Source: Podarcis vaucheri (Eukaryota). Taken from it: 64,000 bases of DNA. Both the position numbers and the translations under genes were made by a program. The notes under the pieces are model-generated. The model saw only the letters and a program-made list of their open reading frames with translations. It did not search any database and was not told the DNA's origin. Numbering within the stretch: position 1 is the first letter of the stretch; each line of letters starts with the position of its first letter. This document shows, piece after piece, positions 1-14,042 of this stretch. The DNA lies in the NCBI GenBank assembly GCA_965113315.1, contig OZ220365.1, one strand, 5' to 3'.

Positions 1-980
1 GCATGATCCATCAGGGCAACTCACCTGCCAATCACATGTCAGTATTATGACATCAGAAGACTGATGGGAGGACTGTCCCACCTACCTGTCCGAATCCCTT
101 GCTTGGTGTTCCCAAGCTTGGGAACTACAGTGCAAGCAGTGTTGCCAGCTCTCTGCTTTGCAAGCCTCTCTGCTGTGTGAGGTGGAAAGGAACAACATGG
201 GGCAGCTTCAAAGAGCAGTGCTGGTAGGGAGAGTTGGCTTTCATTGGATGGAAACTGCTTCTTCCTCTTTGAGCAAGGCACACTCCTCCTTACCATCACA
301 TGCTAGATGATTGGGAGCATGCCTTGCTCGAGCAAAGGAACTGTCAGGAGCTAGTGGGCCAGATGGGGAAATTTTAATTATTAATCCTAATTATAGTTTG
401 GCACACAGTTTGGAAGTTCCCTACCCCCCACCTTAAATCAATAGGGTTTAAATATGCTTAACTTAGGTTGGATTATACTTTGTGTGTGCATTTAGAAATG
501 TGAGTTTTCCTGCAAAAGAGAGTTAATTTACTTCTAATATAGTTGAAATTACAGTTGCCTCATTTGGAAGGTGGGGAAATCTTGTTTTAAGAGAACCTGA
601 TCTGTGGATTGCCATGATTTCATGTGTGCCAAAATATACAAGATTAATTTCTAACAAAGTATTGCTCTGGCATCCCATATGCTGCAGAATGGGTCATAAA
701 CTAATATGTATGAAAAAATATTTTAGTTATTTGCATTTTTTAAAATGGCTGACAGTTTTCAGCTACAATACAGATCTATGCTGAACAGATGTCCTAACTT
801 GCAATACACTTATTATGCTTTTAGGTTCGTTATCCTGCCTGCACATAAGACATAATAAAAGTGTAAACAAATAGGTCTGAGGGACTTTCCAATCTCAACC
901 AGTAACATTTATCTGACAAACGAACAGGAATTTGTCAGTCTAATATTTCATTATTGTCTTCTCCTCTTTATGTACAACAG

Positions 981-1114
981 AGCATCAAAACTACTTTGGA
1001 ACAGATGAAAATTTAGGACCAGTAGCAGTCAGCATCAGAAGGGAGAAGTTTGAAGATGCAAAAGAGAAAGAAGGTTCACAGTTCAACTACCGTGTAGTGT
1101 TCAGAACAAGTGAG
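981..1114 (+). CDS. SIPA1L2: SIPA1L2 coding exon, first in window (134 nt)
   Basis: acag|AG...GAG|gtaggg; translates (E)[44 protein letters not shown], matching my recollection of vertebrate SIPA1L2; not in the ORF track. Confidence 0.95.
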
Positions 1115-2524
1115 GTAGGGTTTCTGCCAGGTGTGTTGATAGGTAGTTAAAGGACTTGGGACACAGTCCTATGACACAAATTTGAATAAAATTAACATAT
1201 GCTTATTTATATGCATAGAAGCAAATTTAAATAGACTTTCAGACGGGGGAAATAAATGCTGGGGTTGCTGACAGGGCTTATTCTGAGCTATGGGGGTACC
1301 ATGAGGATTTTCTGGGCAATGTATATTGTATTATGCCCTCTGTCCTATCTGTAATCTATTGGTAAGAGCAGGTGTTTGCTTGTATTTTTTCTCCTGTTCT
1401 GCCTTCCTTCAGTAATAGAGCCCAAGGTAGCATAAATGTGGTTTCCAAGCAATTTTCCACTGAGGCACTAACCAGCTTAGTTTCAGCAAATTAATGGCCA
1501 GACCATACCTTGGGACTTATGTGCTCAAACAACAACAACTAATCTCTGTTTCACACACACACATATGCTTACATGTCATTTTAAAAACTCAGTGCCATCC
1601 ACACATAACACCTGGCAACCCCAGATTAAAAGAATACCAGATGTGCAGGAAAATACTGGATATACAAAGCAGATAACTTAGGAAAATTAGTCTATTTTAA
1701 AGATGGGAATATGATGCTAAAGCCTGGGACATAGCAGGTGCCCAAGAGTTTTTACTAGTGCTGCAGCCTGCCCTGCTGACCTGTGAACAAAGTCTGCTTT
1801 AAAAAAAATAATTAGAAGAAGGGGAAAGGGTCAGAAGTCTGGGAACTAGTGCAAAATACTCTCACTTGGGCCCTGTGGATCACCCCTTGACAATGCCCCT
1901 GATTTCCACACTGTTCCAGAAAGTACTGAAAGATATTCAAAGAGAAATAATAAATTCACAGAGCTTTCATTCCATATATAAGAATTGATATCATGTGAGC
2001 TGACTTCTGCTCTGCTCACACAACTGAACTTCCCCTTCTCCCCCTTATACCTCACGAAATCTGCTCCAGAGGGTCCCCTATCCTCCAGAGCAGATTTGAG
2101 GGGTGCATGAGAGAAGAGGAGAAAGTGAAGTTCTGTTGAGAAGGCAGAATCCCATTTCTATTTCTGCATGTGGACATGTAGGCACTTGCAAGGAGAAACA
2201 GACAATTACTGGCAGCAATTCCCATAAGCTGCAGTGGCTGGAGAAAGTGCCACTGCGGTTAAAACAAAACCACAGAATCATAAATAATTATCTGTTTCCT
2301 TCCTGTTTAGCAGTTTGGTGTAAATTAGATGTATACTACATCTTGGTTCAGCACACTAGATGGATGGGAGCTATGAGTGATTACCCCTGTTTATTACTAA
2401 GAGTGAGTGATACATGCTTTTTGCTGCCTGACAGTCTGGTGATACTCTGTTCTGATAGAGAGTAAACTTATTTTGCCCAGTCTAGATTGTAAGAAATATA
2501 ATATCCCATGTAAGAAATATAGTC

Positions 2525-2870
2525 TTTAATTATTGTTATTAATTGATATACTGCTTAAGGTCCTGATGACTTCTAAGTTGTTTGTAAGTTGTTTATAAAA
2601 TTTAAAACCAATTGTACAACATTGATAAAGTACAGAATAATTAAAGATATTTCATAATTAAAATATGCAATAAAACAATCACATTAAAACAGCACAGCAA
2701 TTAAAACAAGAGAATCAGGTAAAGAAATCAAGATAATGTTTGTGTAAACAGGTCCATCTTCAAAATCTGGTGACATGCCAATATAGATTTCAGCAGGGAG
2801 TGCATTCCAGAATTCTGGTGCCACCAATGAAAAAACTTCTCCCTGCATCACAAGCTGATCAACATTAGGC
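2525..2870 (-). mobile_element. Old degraded L2-type LINE 3' fragment
   Basis: A/T tail-like start and gggagtgcattccag...gccacc...gaaaa block resembling the L2 copies at 19.2 kb and 39.1 kb; boundaries approximate. Confidence 0.45.
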
Positions 2871-3516
2871 CATGTTCTTGTGTGCCCAGGTTTCAGAGTG
2901 ATCTATGGAATTGGCAGGAGAAAGGGGGCTGCTGTGTCTCTGCTCCAGGGCTTGAGAGTAATTGCATCTGAATATAGCCAGCAAAGAGTGAGATTAATTT
3001 GGGCAAATATGCCCTAGTCTTTTAATACAGCACCTGTCTCTTACAGAATTCTGGAGAAAGTTAATGTTCAGAATGACACAGATGAAACACAAACATTTTT
3101 CTAGGGAAAGAAGTAACATAACACACATACATATATGTGTGTGAGAGAGAGATCTTGCCAGTAGAATCCAGCAACCCTACCCACCCACAATCTCTGTTTT
3201 TTCTTCCTATTTTATGTACTGTAACCCTGATTTCCATTATTATCTTGGTTCTGTTCATGGGGTTAACAGTGGGAAGTCCTTTGTGAAGTGCCACCTGTGA
3301 GGAAAGTCTATTCATGTTTCCAAATCTGTGTTCCACTGGGTTTGACCTCGTTATTGTGCCTTTCTGTACTCTTACGATTTGTGTTCAAATGCCTTTTCAA
3401 TTTTGTAATTGCTATTGGTTTTATGTCATTCTGTTTTTCATTTTCAAGTTGTCTGATACCTCTAAAAACATCGGTAAATGCCGTTATAAAGTCCCACTAA
3501 ATCAAAGGGATTTAGT

Positions 3517-3518
<2 letters not shown>

Positions 3519-3549
<31 letters not shown>
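3519..3549. repeat. (TG)n microsatellite
   Basis: About 15 uninterrupted TG units. Confidence 0.95.
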
Positions 3550-3551
<2 letters not shown>

Positions 3552-4835
3552 GATTGCAGTAGTTTTACATTATTTTGTGGGTGTGCTTATAGATAGAATA
3601 TGATGGCTCTTGTAGAATCAAAACATATTGGAGCCTTGCAGTTCTTATGTCAGAAATTCATTTTCCCTATTGAGGAATGAAGGAAATGGGTACACTTTTC
3701 AAAAATAAACAGATGGTGAGCCTGAGAGTGTAGAAGATAAGTATGGCTGCAGATGCTTGACAGAAGAGGATTATAAAAGTATAAGCAGGCTTGGGAAGAG
3801 AGTGGAAAGGAATAATGTTTTGAGAGGGGGAAGGGAGAAAGGGGATGTGACATAGAATTCCTCTTTAACAAAATACTTTAAATGTCTATTTTATTTTGTG
3901 TTGTTGGATGTTCTAGCTATTTCTTTTTATAGTGTACTAACTATGTAAAGCACAGTAGGCTAATTTGTTGTAAAATAATGGCATGTTCAAGGTTTAAAAA
4001 ACAATAGCATCTGAAGTCGTAGGAGGGATGCTAATTAAGCCTCAGGCACTTTCTTAGGCAGCTTTAACAAAACACATACCAAAATCTGGTTGTCCACCAT
4101 TAATTTCAGTTATAGGTAGTTTTTCAGTTCAGTTTTCCTTCTCTTGTTAATTAATCATGGGAATGGCTGTGTATGACATTTGTGATAAATCTTTGTAAAA
4201 AGTTTCTCAGATCTTACATTGGCTAGCATACACAGAATTAAAGGATGCATTTTGCCATATAGTTTGCTGGTGCAGTTTATGAAGTTTATATAAAACCTTC
4301 TTGGGGGCTGGAAACTGAGCCCAAAGTGATGGTTTCATGCTAACCTCCAAGTGCTATTGCTGAAAATATACTGCTTGTGAACATGTTTCAATAGACACCT
4401 GATTCTGACTGTTAACCCTTCTGCTTATTTTATTCTTTTCAATGTGTGTCTTTAGTTGAATTTTGAAGTTTTGCTAATTGCTGTTGCCCGGCACCACAGT
4501 CAATGAAGCATAAGTGTAGCCATGTTCAAGCATTATTGCTCAAGCTAGTGTAGGTTCCCCAACCTAGCGCCATGTGCCGGATGAATGCATTTAGAATGCT
4601 CTCCACAATCCTTGATAGTGCAGTTCTATATAAGTTCAGTCAAATGCACTTAATCCCTTGTCAAACCTTACCATTCAGCGTAGCAAGGTTGGGGATAAGG
4701 CTAGCATGCATGGTCCTACTTCTCCCTACGCAGGTTCAGGCAGTAACAGCTTAATAGAGTTTGTATTTTCCTTTTCCTTGTTGAAGATTGTGTTACAATG
4801 ATAAACATTTAGTAAGACTTATACTCTTGCTGTAG

Positions 4836-5024
4836 CTTACCACGTTGAGGGGAGCCATTTTAGAAGATGCTATTCCATCTACTGCTAGACATGGCACAGC
4901 ACGCGGTTTACCTCTTAAAGAAGTATTGGAATATGTAATACCAGAACTGAGCATTCAGTGCCTACGGCAAGCTTCCAACTCACCCAAAGTTTCTGAGCAG
5001 CTGCTTAAACTTGACGAACAAGGG
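4836..5024 (+). CDS. SIPA1L2: SIPA1L2 exon (189 nt), region preceding the RapGAP catalytic core
   Basis: tgtag|CTT...GGG|gtaggt; [63 protein letters not shown]; phase 0-0. Confidence 0.96.
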
Positions 5025-7210
5025 GTAGGTATTGCATGCCTTGCCTGAACTTGCGTGCCTGTGAGTTGTCTTATTGCAGTGTTTTGTTGTCATAAATACA
5101 GCTGAATTTGATCTGACATGTCTGTGGAAATGCAGCTAACTTACGATAAGTGAAGGAGATTTTTAAGGAACTTTAACAAAAGGGGACTTTCTGTGTATTT
5201 ATATTACAGTAAGATAATTTTGTAGGTTTTTTGGTTTTTTTACATGTTGACTTATTTATATACTGCTTCAGATAAAAGTGGTTCACATAAAACAATAAAT
5301 ATACAAAATGAACATTTACACATACTAATCACAAGCACAAATAGCTGTACTTTCCATGGAGGTAAAATACAGTTTAGTAAGCCATTTTTGGTAAACACCC
5401 AATATTAGAAAGCTGCACATTGTATTAAAGGGAAAATCATTGGTTTGCCAATCTTTCACCTTTTCAGATTTTCCTTTCCTAATTATAATTAGCACACCTT
5501 ATTCGCAGTGGCAGTCTTCTTACTTTATGTGGAATATATGATAGATCAAACAGCTGAAATTCTAATTGGGACTATTTAACAAGTTAACACTGCATGAGCA
5601 ATGAAATGAACATATACTTTAAATTCAGAGTGAATAATGGTGAGATTAATTGGTTTGATAAGGCAGACACTGTTCTGCAAGATTATAAAAGGCATAATTG
5701 ATCATTTTATATAGAAATGCATATATAGATTCAGAAAAAGGAGCATTATTTTAGTCAGCCTTATACAAATATGATGAATAAGGTAAATATCTGGCTTCTT
5801 CCAAGGAGTTCAGGACACCATATATGAGGATGTCTCATTTTATTCTCACGTCTTGACTCCAAGGTGACCTTGGACCAGTCAACCAACATTTGAGGCTTTT
5901 TCTTACAATCAGCAATATATAATTTTTTTGAAACAAATTAATAAATAATAAACCAATCCGGGGTTTTTGAGCTGGGATTTGTCCCCTGGATTCCTCATTC
6001 CATAGAGCAATATTCTTTATACAGCACACCTCATTGATTCAATGACATACATTTTTTATTCTGTAGCCAGAGGATGTATTTTGACCAAATAAGTATTTTT
6101 CAGTGTATGTGATTATGAGCCTTGAGCGTGGCTGGATATCTGAAAGCAGTACAGGAAGACTGCTGCTTTCTATCACTTGGTTAATTTTAAATAGGAAGAG
6201 GAAATGCTAATAGAATGGATGTAGGAACACTGGATTCATCCTATTTTGATACTACTAGAAGTTTTTTAAAAAGTTGAAAATAGAAGAGATCAAATCAATT
6301 GCTATGGTGAAAATAATCACTATTTGTTACAATCAATTGGCAATACATACTTACATTATAGATTTAGTTCATCTGCAATTATTGTCAGAAATAAGCAGGC
6401 TGATTGTGTCAACAGTAGTTACAATCTAAAAGGGAACTTGTATAAACTTCACCTCCACCAAAATCCTTCACATAATTGGGAAAATAGAGAAAATGGCTGG
6501 TATTATTGCAAAGAGGAGGAGAGTCCATTGAACTTCAGGTATCTGAAATTTAAGTTAGAAAAAAACAGTATTTTTTTCCTAATGCAAGAGTAACTAATTT
6601 GTGTGGTCTTTTTGGGTTGAATATTCCAGAGCTTTTAGTACTCACATCTTCCATATATGGTGCTTTCTGCTTACACTTCATATTCTTTACAGACAACCAC
6701 TTACGAAAGACAAATGGGGAATTCATTCACCCAGAGCAGCAGAAGCTGATGTTCCTGCTTATGCAGGCAATATCTTAAATTAGCCCAAATGCATTTGCAC
6801 TGGGATCAACATAAGGTGTCCCATTTTGCTAGATGATGTAGAGAGTACTATAGTATACAAAGCAACCCTAAAATCACATTTCACTTCAGAGATTATCTCA
6901 ATAGGTATAACATGTATTTTGGCCTCTGAAAAGAAAAGAAAACCTTAGAGAGAATGAAGATACTCAGCTGCAAATGATCCAATGATTAATACTGCACAGG
7001 GGCTTTGGGAAGGCATGATTTATCCATCACAAGGAGAAGTAAAGAAGTGAAGTTCAGTTAGTGTGCCAGAATTGGCATTAGCTGCTGTTCTGGGGAAGTT
7101 CAAATATGTCGATCCTAAACTGAAAAATGCTTACTAGGGTTACAACATATATCTGTCAGACCCTGTTTTAGAGACTTTTTCTGTTCTGACTAGTTTTTTC
7201 CTAATTACAG

Positions 7211-7385
7211 CTGAGTTTTCAGCACAAGATTGGGATCCTGTATTGCAAAGCAGGCCAAAGCACTGAGGAGGAGATGTATAACAATGAGACCGCAGGACCG
7301 GCTTTTGACGAATTCCTTGATCTCCTAGGTCAGAGAGTATGGCTGAAAGGTTTCAATAAATACCGAGCTCAGCTAGACAATAAAA
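7211..7385 (+). CDS. SIPA1L2: SIPA1L2 exon (175 nt), RapGAP domain
   Basis: ttacag|CTG...AAA A|gtaagt; [58 protein letters not shown]. Confidence 0.96.
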
Positions 7386-8223
7386 GTAAGTTTTAATAAT
7401 AAATTGTAATAAACACTAAAAGTATAAAAATAAGAGAATCTGTTATGCCAAAGTGCTTTCCTTCTGTAAATGCATATTACACAGAGATCACAGAGACAGC
7501 ATCTACACTGCATTTCTTTCTTCCCTTCCAGTCTGAGCACAGTCACCCTACAGTGGGGCCAGATGGTGTTCCAGGCCTGCATGCTGATGCTTAGGGCCAG
7601 AGTCATAGCAACAGATGAGTTTTATCTTTGTGCAGTTGACACTACATTCCAAACATGCAGAGCTGTCCAGACACACCCACACTGACACCCATCTCCATCC
7701 TCCATCCAGGCAAGCAGGAGGCATCATTACAATTGAAGGACATACTACAGACAGGCAAAGATGAGGGCATGGAGTAGGACCAGTGAGGGATGTAGCCTGA
7801 AATGGTAGAGAGGCATTCCAAAGAGGCATGAGGACCAGACAGAGGGGCCTGGAGGGGCCACTTTTGGACCTGGGGTTCCTCATCCTTGCTCTAGGGAGAC
7901 CAGACCCAGCAGCTGGTTTCCTTGGTTAGGAAAACAAGGGGTTACGTAAGTGGCTGTGTTTTGCGTGCTCCGTCTTAGTGGTTGTGCTGCACCCATTGAA
8001 TGGCATGCAACTTTCACTTGCCACAGGAAATAGTTGAATGCCAAATTACAATAGGGACATACGGCTTGGAAAGGGCTTCTGAAACTATTTGGAATTTATA
8101 TGGAACTGTCATATTTGCTGGATGGTTTTTTTTTGCGGCCCAGTGGTAGGGAGGAGAGATGTTTATATTATACTTGAATTTCTGCATTGTCTTCATTGAC
8201 CCACTTGTGGACTTTAATTTCAG

Positions 8224-8327
8224 CCGATTCAACTGGAACACATTCCCTTTATACTACCTACAAAGATTACGAAATAATGTTTCATGTGTCAACTATGCTT
8301 CCATATATGCCCAGTAACAGGCAACAG
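8224..8327 (+). CDS. SIPA1L2: SIPA1L2 exon (104 nt), RapGAP domain
   Basis: tttcag|CC...CAG|gtatgt; (T)[34 protein letters not shown] containing the family MFHVST motif. Confidence 0.96.
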
Positions 8328-9780
8328 GTATGTGTCAAGTCAGCTTTAGGGAATCATGCATGATTTCTTGTCTGAAAAGTTGTTTGTAGAATGTATTTTT
8401 TTTGTTGAAATGTTTGTTACGAATACTCAGTAAAAATTATTGTTGTTATTATTTTAACTTGAGGATTGCATATTGCTTATGCAATAGGTTTCTTTCCTTA
8501 TGCTTAGGTTTCTTACTTCTGCTTTGACCCAAAAGTTTATGCTGTTAACAATTTTTTTTCTATCTGGTCTTTCCATTTTTAAAAAAGAGAGAATAAATTA
8601 TTTCACTGAATTGCCAGTATTCAGGGATACAGATACTTCTGGAAACTTAAATACTTCCTCTCCTACCAAAACAAACTGAATCCAGCCTAATTTTTAATAA
8701 TATGCATTTAAAAGATGCAGGTATATGTAATTTGATTTTTCATGGTGTAAGTTTTGGTATTCTAATAACTTAACATACTGCTTGTCTGTTATGCGCATAG
8801 ATAATAGAGTATTATATAGCAAATACAGTTAATGTTTGAACATGTACCATTCTGTTCTAGTTTAGAATATCTTGCAGCATTAAGGATGGCTAAAAATGAC
8901 TTTGCATTAGAGGTTTTGTAGAATCCTAATGGTTGCAGTCTTGAATGATTTGAAGTTAATGGACTTTTGCCATTGGCTTGAATTGAATTATGATTTTCTT
9001 TTTTTGTTTTTGTAAGGTTAACCCTGTCTTTGCCTGTACTAATTGATATAAATAATACCTTTGGCATAAGTTTGCTTTATAAATGGGATTTAAAAGAAAT
9101 AGATACTTTAAAATGTATAATATATTCCCACTTCTACGAATTTAATGTGTGAATAAAAGAGCCATTCACAAATGAGATTACTGCTCAGAGTGTAACATTC
9201 TGCAAACCAGTGTGTGTAGAGATAAAAGAAGCAACAACAGTTCCTTGTATATCTGCACAAAGAATAAGGATTTCTGCAAACATATTTTCAGACTTATTGA
9301 CAGATGTATAAAAGTTATTTCCTTATCTGTGGTGAATTTGTTTTGGGAGAGTAGCTAAAATTGTAGTAGTTAGGTTGTATGATATTATATTTATGCCTAA
9401 AGTGAGCAAGTTGAGAATGTGGCAGAACTTGCAATTCTGGAGTTCTAAAAGAATAGCTTCGTAGATGTATAAAAATTAAAATAGTTTTATAATAATTGGC
9501 AAATCACTTTCCTAGAAGTGGGTAGGTGTAACCAGCTGTCTTGTTTACCAAATTCACCAAACTATCAGAACTTTATAGCTTGTTTTGTACTGTTTTAACT
9601 CAGGTGTACTTTCTATTGTTTTCAATGGGAACTATTCCCAAGGCAAGTGCCCAGAGGATAGAACGAAGCCTTAGTTGGATAAAGAGAAAGTTTTAATAGA
9701 ACTACACAGTTCTATCTAATGAGAAAATATTGTAGCAACACCTTTTAAAATGGAGCTAGAAATTATACGTGAAAGGCATA

Positions 9781-9950
9781 TAGGAAGCGGCTTTAGAATA
9801 CATCTACCTCAGTACTGTCTACACTAACCAGCAACAGAAACTAGGGTTTCTGATAGGGGGCATTTCCAGCCCTACAGCTAGAAATGCCAGGAACGGAACT
9901 TGGGACCTTCTGCATACAAAGCAAATGCTCTACCAGTGAGCTGTGTCCCT
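9781..9950 (-). mobile_element. tRNA-derived squamate SINE (Squam-like), degraded
   Basis: Reverse strand begins AGGGACACAGCTCACTGGTAGAGCATTTGCTTTGTATGCAGAAGGTCCCAAGTTCCG, a tRNA-like head with A/B-box remnants. Confidence 0.6.
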
Positions 9951-10807
9951 TCCACTATACATCTTCCATATTTGGTCTACCTATGGTTTTTGGGACCATT
10001 TTGACCATTTATGATGATACAGAAAAAGTTCCATCTATCATATGAAGTTAATTAAATTTCCATGTAATTTAGAAACACTTAAAATTAATTTGTGATCCAG
10101 TGCACATGCCCAAGGTGATTAAAGTGATAGGTTAACATATCAAAGTTGTGAACAAGGAGCTTACTGCATCTATTTGCAAATATTTTATTCCCTCCAATAT
10201 GACACAAAAGACAGTATACACTGGAATAACAAAATGTTTGAGAAACTGTAATCTATCTGTGGATGGGTTTAAATTGCAAAGTTTAACTATTGTAGAAAAT
10301 ACTTCTACAAAAGATATACTCAATGTTGATTTCAAATATTTTTGTTCCTAATTGCAGGCAATGACAATACATTAAACCCTTACTTGATGTTGAATGTTAG
10401 TCTTTGTCTTGGTTTTACCTTAACTGTGAGCATAGGAAATAACATTTTACCTTGATCCACTTCTTCCAGAATTGTATGGCGTTTGTCACCCTCACTATTG
10501 TGTTTGCTTGAGCCACTCATTTCACTCTTCAGTTTTCTTACCTTTGCTTATATCTTTACCTAAATATTCCCTAATGTGTCTTCCTCTGTAGACAAACTAA
10601 AGCCTGTTCTTGGTTTATCCTCAAAATTTTCCAACCTAATTCCATTATTTCCCCAGTAACAATCATACCCTTCCACAATGTTTTAGTAAACACTCATCAG
10701 TCTTTGTACCTTGGACAGTCTTGGTATATTTAGCAGTAATATCATAGTATGTTCTATGGATTTCTTTGGATAAAATAATGTGGAAGTTTTCCATATTTAG
10801 GTAATAT

Positions 10808-11217
10808 TGGCCTCATTTGCACGTATCACTAAGCCGAACTATGGCTTAATTTGAACAAAACATTATGCTGGTGCATATAGGGGAAATTGTGGCTGCTTAG
10901 CTCCTTTCCTGCTGTTTCACTACCAAGAGGTAAACCATGGTTTGACTTAGCAAACTTGGGCTTACGGTTTGCCCCCCCAATCAAACCAAGAACAGTAAGC
11001 TGAGAACAAACTTTGTGTAGCCAAAGTTTGTTCTCAGCTTACTGTTCTTGGTGTGGTTTGTTTGGAGTGAGATGAACCATGAGCTCTAGTTCATAAGGCT
11101 AAGCTTAGCTTAGCTAACCAATGGCTTAGCTATTGGTAGTGTTGCTGCAGGAGCAAAGCACACTTCTTTGTTCACACTAAACCATAGTTTGATTTAGCGT
11201 TATGCACAAACCAGGCA
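10808..11217. mobile_element. Palindromic MITE-like element (~410 bp), superfamily uncertain
   Basis: Ends are degenerate inverted repeats (ctaagccgaactatggctta / taaaccatagtttgatttag) around a perfect central 31-bp inverted repeat. Confidence 0.6.
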
Positions 11218-12210
11218 ACTGAGATCTGAAGGCCCCCCACATTATTTTTTATGATACTGGATGCCAGTGGTATTTGCACAGCATGAACACTTTTCAATAA
11301 AATGTGATAAGCACACTCTAGTAATCAACATTTAGCCAGCCTTAATGTGTAGAAGAAATAGCTAATGAATGTTTATTTTCTATTTCTGTTGGTACCTCCT
11401 TGCTAAACTATATAATGTAGAATGTACCTGTGGAAGTATTCTTGACAAGCTAGGAACAATTCACATAAAATAACAAACCTTTCCCTCTGAGACACACAGG
11501 AAGCTAAGAATCAGCATCACAGATAAAGTTGCTGCTGTCCTCAAGGAACAGTCTTACCAGCCCTGTGGTATAGAAATTTTACTTTGTGTACAGGGCTTAT
11601 CTCGTTTCATCCACTTATCTGAGTCATGTGGGAACTTCCCATCTTAGATTTGAATGGGATCTAGAGGTCTAGCCTCCCACTGAAATTATGGTGTGAATAG
11701 GTTTATATATCCATTATACCTCGTATGGTCACTGGCCAAGGTATGTAGCCAGCTACTGTGAGCACTATCTCCAATGAGCATTTCATAAAATCCAATTACC
11801 TGTGAGCCAGAAATAGGCCACACCAGAACTGTCTGTTGCTTTTTCTAGGAAATAACTACGCCCTGCTTGGTCACTGATCAGGACATCCCTCTAGTTTTAG
11901 AGCGAGCAGGAGATCCAAACACACAGGTAATTTTTCACTTTGGCTGCAATATAGGGTGGGGAGTCTTCACTCTGTGTTCTGATCAGAACAGAGGGGGCTA
12001 CCCACTCTGGTGTGGCCAGTACCACCTCCTTGTATTGGCTTTCCTTACACATCACAGTTAAAGGCTTCTCCTGTTGAACTTTTACCCTTGTAGACACCCT
12101 TTCCAGATCATTTCCTTGCAATATTTCCTCACACTTCTGCCATTTGCTTTTGTTATCTTTGGTCAGATCTGATTAATCCAAATCTGTTGTCAAGTTATCT
12201 CCTTGTCTGA

Positions 12211-12233
12211 TATAATAATAATAATAATAATAA
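12211..12233. repeat. (AAT)n microsatellite
   Basis: About 7 AAT units. Confidence 0.85.
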
Positions 12234-13927
12234 AATGAAAACGAGTTACTGTCTTGGTATGTAAGATTAAATGCTTCTTCAGTGTTTGGAATTTTCCTAG
12301 TTTTAATCAGGTCTGATTGAAATATGTGATCTCTGTATATGTAAATATTAACATATTATAATTCAAACTTATTATGAAACCACTTATTTTATTACTAAAT
12401 TAAAATAAGCTTGAAGGTTTCTTGTGATGTCTTTTCATCCCCCCCCCCATTAAATTGAATGAAGAAAGATGCTTTATGTAATATGACAGGATAGCTTTGT
12501 TGCTTTAGCTTGAGCAAGCAATTAAGGCTTACAGAAATAGATTGCTGTGGCTTTAGCTGTCCGATAATGGTCAATTTAGCTTGGGAAGCTTAGAGATGAA
12601 TAAAAGTATGCTAAAGGGACAGATTAGGTGGTGCATCCCATTTCAGATTATCTGGAAAACTTAAAATCACATTTGATTAGCACGTTAGGAAAAACAGAGC
12701 CAGTAAAGTAAATTGAAGGTCTATAATTAAGGTCAGATCAGAACTAATACATTATTTTTAAAAGGTGGTAGATATTTCTTTTCTAACATTCTCGTAACTT
12801 GATACTATTTCATATTAAAATTAAGTTCATTAATGCTGAAATTTTACTGGATTCATATTTAGATTTATCACACCAATTAAGGTTGTGATTACATTTCTTT
12901 AAAAAAAAAATACTATTATCAGTGGACCTTACTTACAAGTTAATATTGTGTTAGAACTAAGGTGAAAACTGTTATTAGGGTCTTATTGTCAATATTGTGT
13001 TACTTCCTGAAAATAATCCCACTTGACCTATGTACTATATTTAAAATTCCAATTGAATTGTATCATTGTTAAGAGTGTGTTGGAAGGGCAGTTGAACAAA
13101 TAAGGAGAGAAAGGGGGAAAGAACTTAGAGATATGAAAACAAGCTCTGTATAATAGTTACATACCATTTTTTTCAGTTTTCAGAACAGTGTCTCTCTTTT
13201 TTTCATACCTTTTTCTCCATTCAATTTGCATTCCATTTATACAATCCTACCGAGATCAATGTATTACATATCAATATCATCTATATAACTCTCCTTGCTT
13301 GTTCCTTGCATTTCAATTCCCCATTTATAATTATATGGTTCTATTACTTTTTTTTATGATGTTGTACAGACCTTTATGGTACTGATTATAATGGTTGTCT
13401 GCTATGTTAACTGAAATATTAGTTGTACCTCAGAAATCTCACCCTATTTGCTAACATTTTAAAGAATGAATGAGTTCCAATTTGTTTTATATGGTTAGGT
13501 TAATCCAATTATGTTAATGAATATGCTTATGCATGTTGGTGACAAGACTCAAATTCCTTTCAGGAACTATTGATGCCCTTTAAAATAGTTTAGAAAGGTT
13601 TATATTGCAAATGTCTGTTATTTATTATTCAACCCAATTAGCACTTAATATCTAAGCCAAGTCATGACTTGAGGCAAATATGCCGGATCCCAAAAAGGAA
13701 ATTGTCCATTTTGCTCCTGTCTAGTTTGTTTTGCTGCTGCACTGTGCCGAGCTTAGTTATTTTTTGGCTTAGCATGTCATCCAAACTCGGGAACATTTGC
13801 AGCCCATAAGTGGGCCTTCTAGAGATCCTCTGGAAAAAATCTGTCCTCCACTCAACTAGCTTTTACATGCCTTTCCTCACACATACTGGAGTAAGCAAAA
13901 TGTTCATTCTGTTTGTGCACTTTCCTG

Positions 13928-14042
13928 CAGGCATAGCCAATGTGGTGCAACTTCTTTCAGTCTTAGCCAGCATGGCTAATGATCAAGGCTGATGGGAGTT
14001 GTAATCCAAATCATCTGGAGGTCACCATGTTGGCTACCCCTG
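13928..14042. mobile_element. Short hAT-like MITE (CAGG...CCTG ends), family recurring in this window
   Basis: caggcatagccaa...ttggctacccctg inverted ends; core cagcatggc(t/c)aatg...gatgggagttg shared with 35101-35236 and ~46426-46543, reverse-complemented near 53700-53780. Confidence 0.6.

Noticed and set aside
9885-9950. tRNA gene
   Set aside because: Only a degenerate tRNA-like head continuing into SINE body; no convincing cloverleaf.
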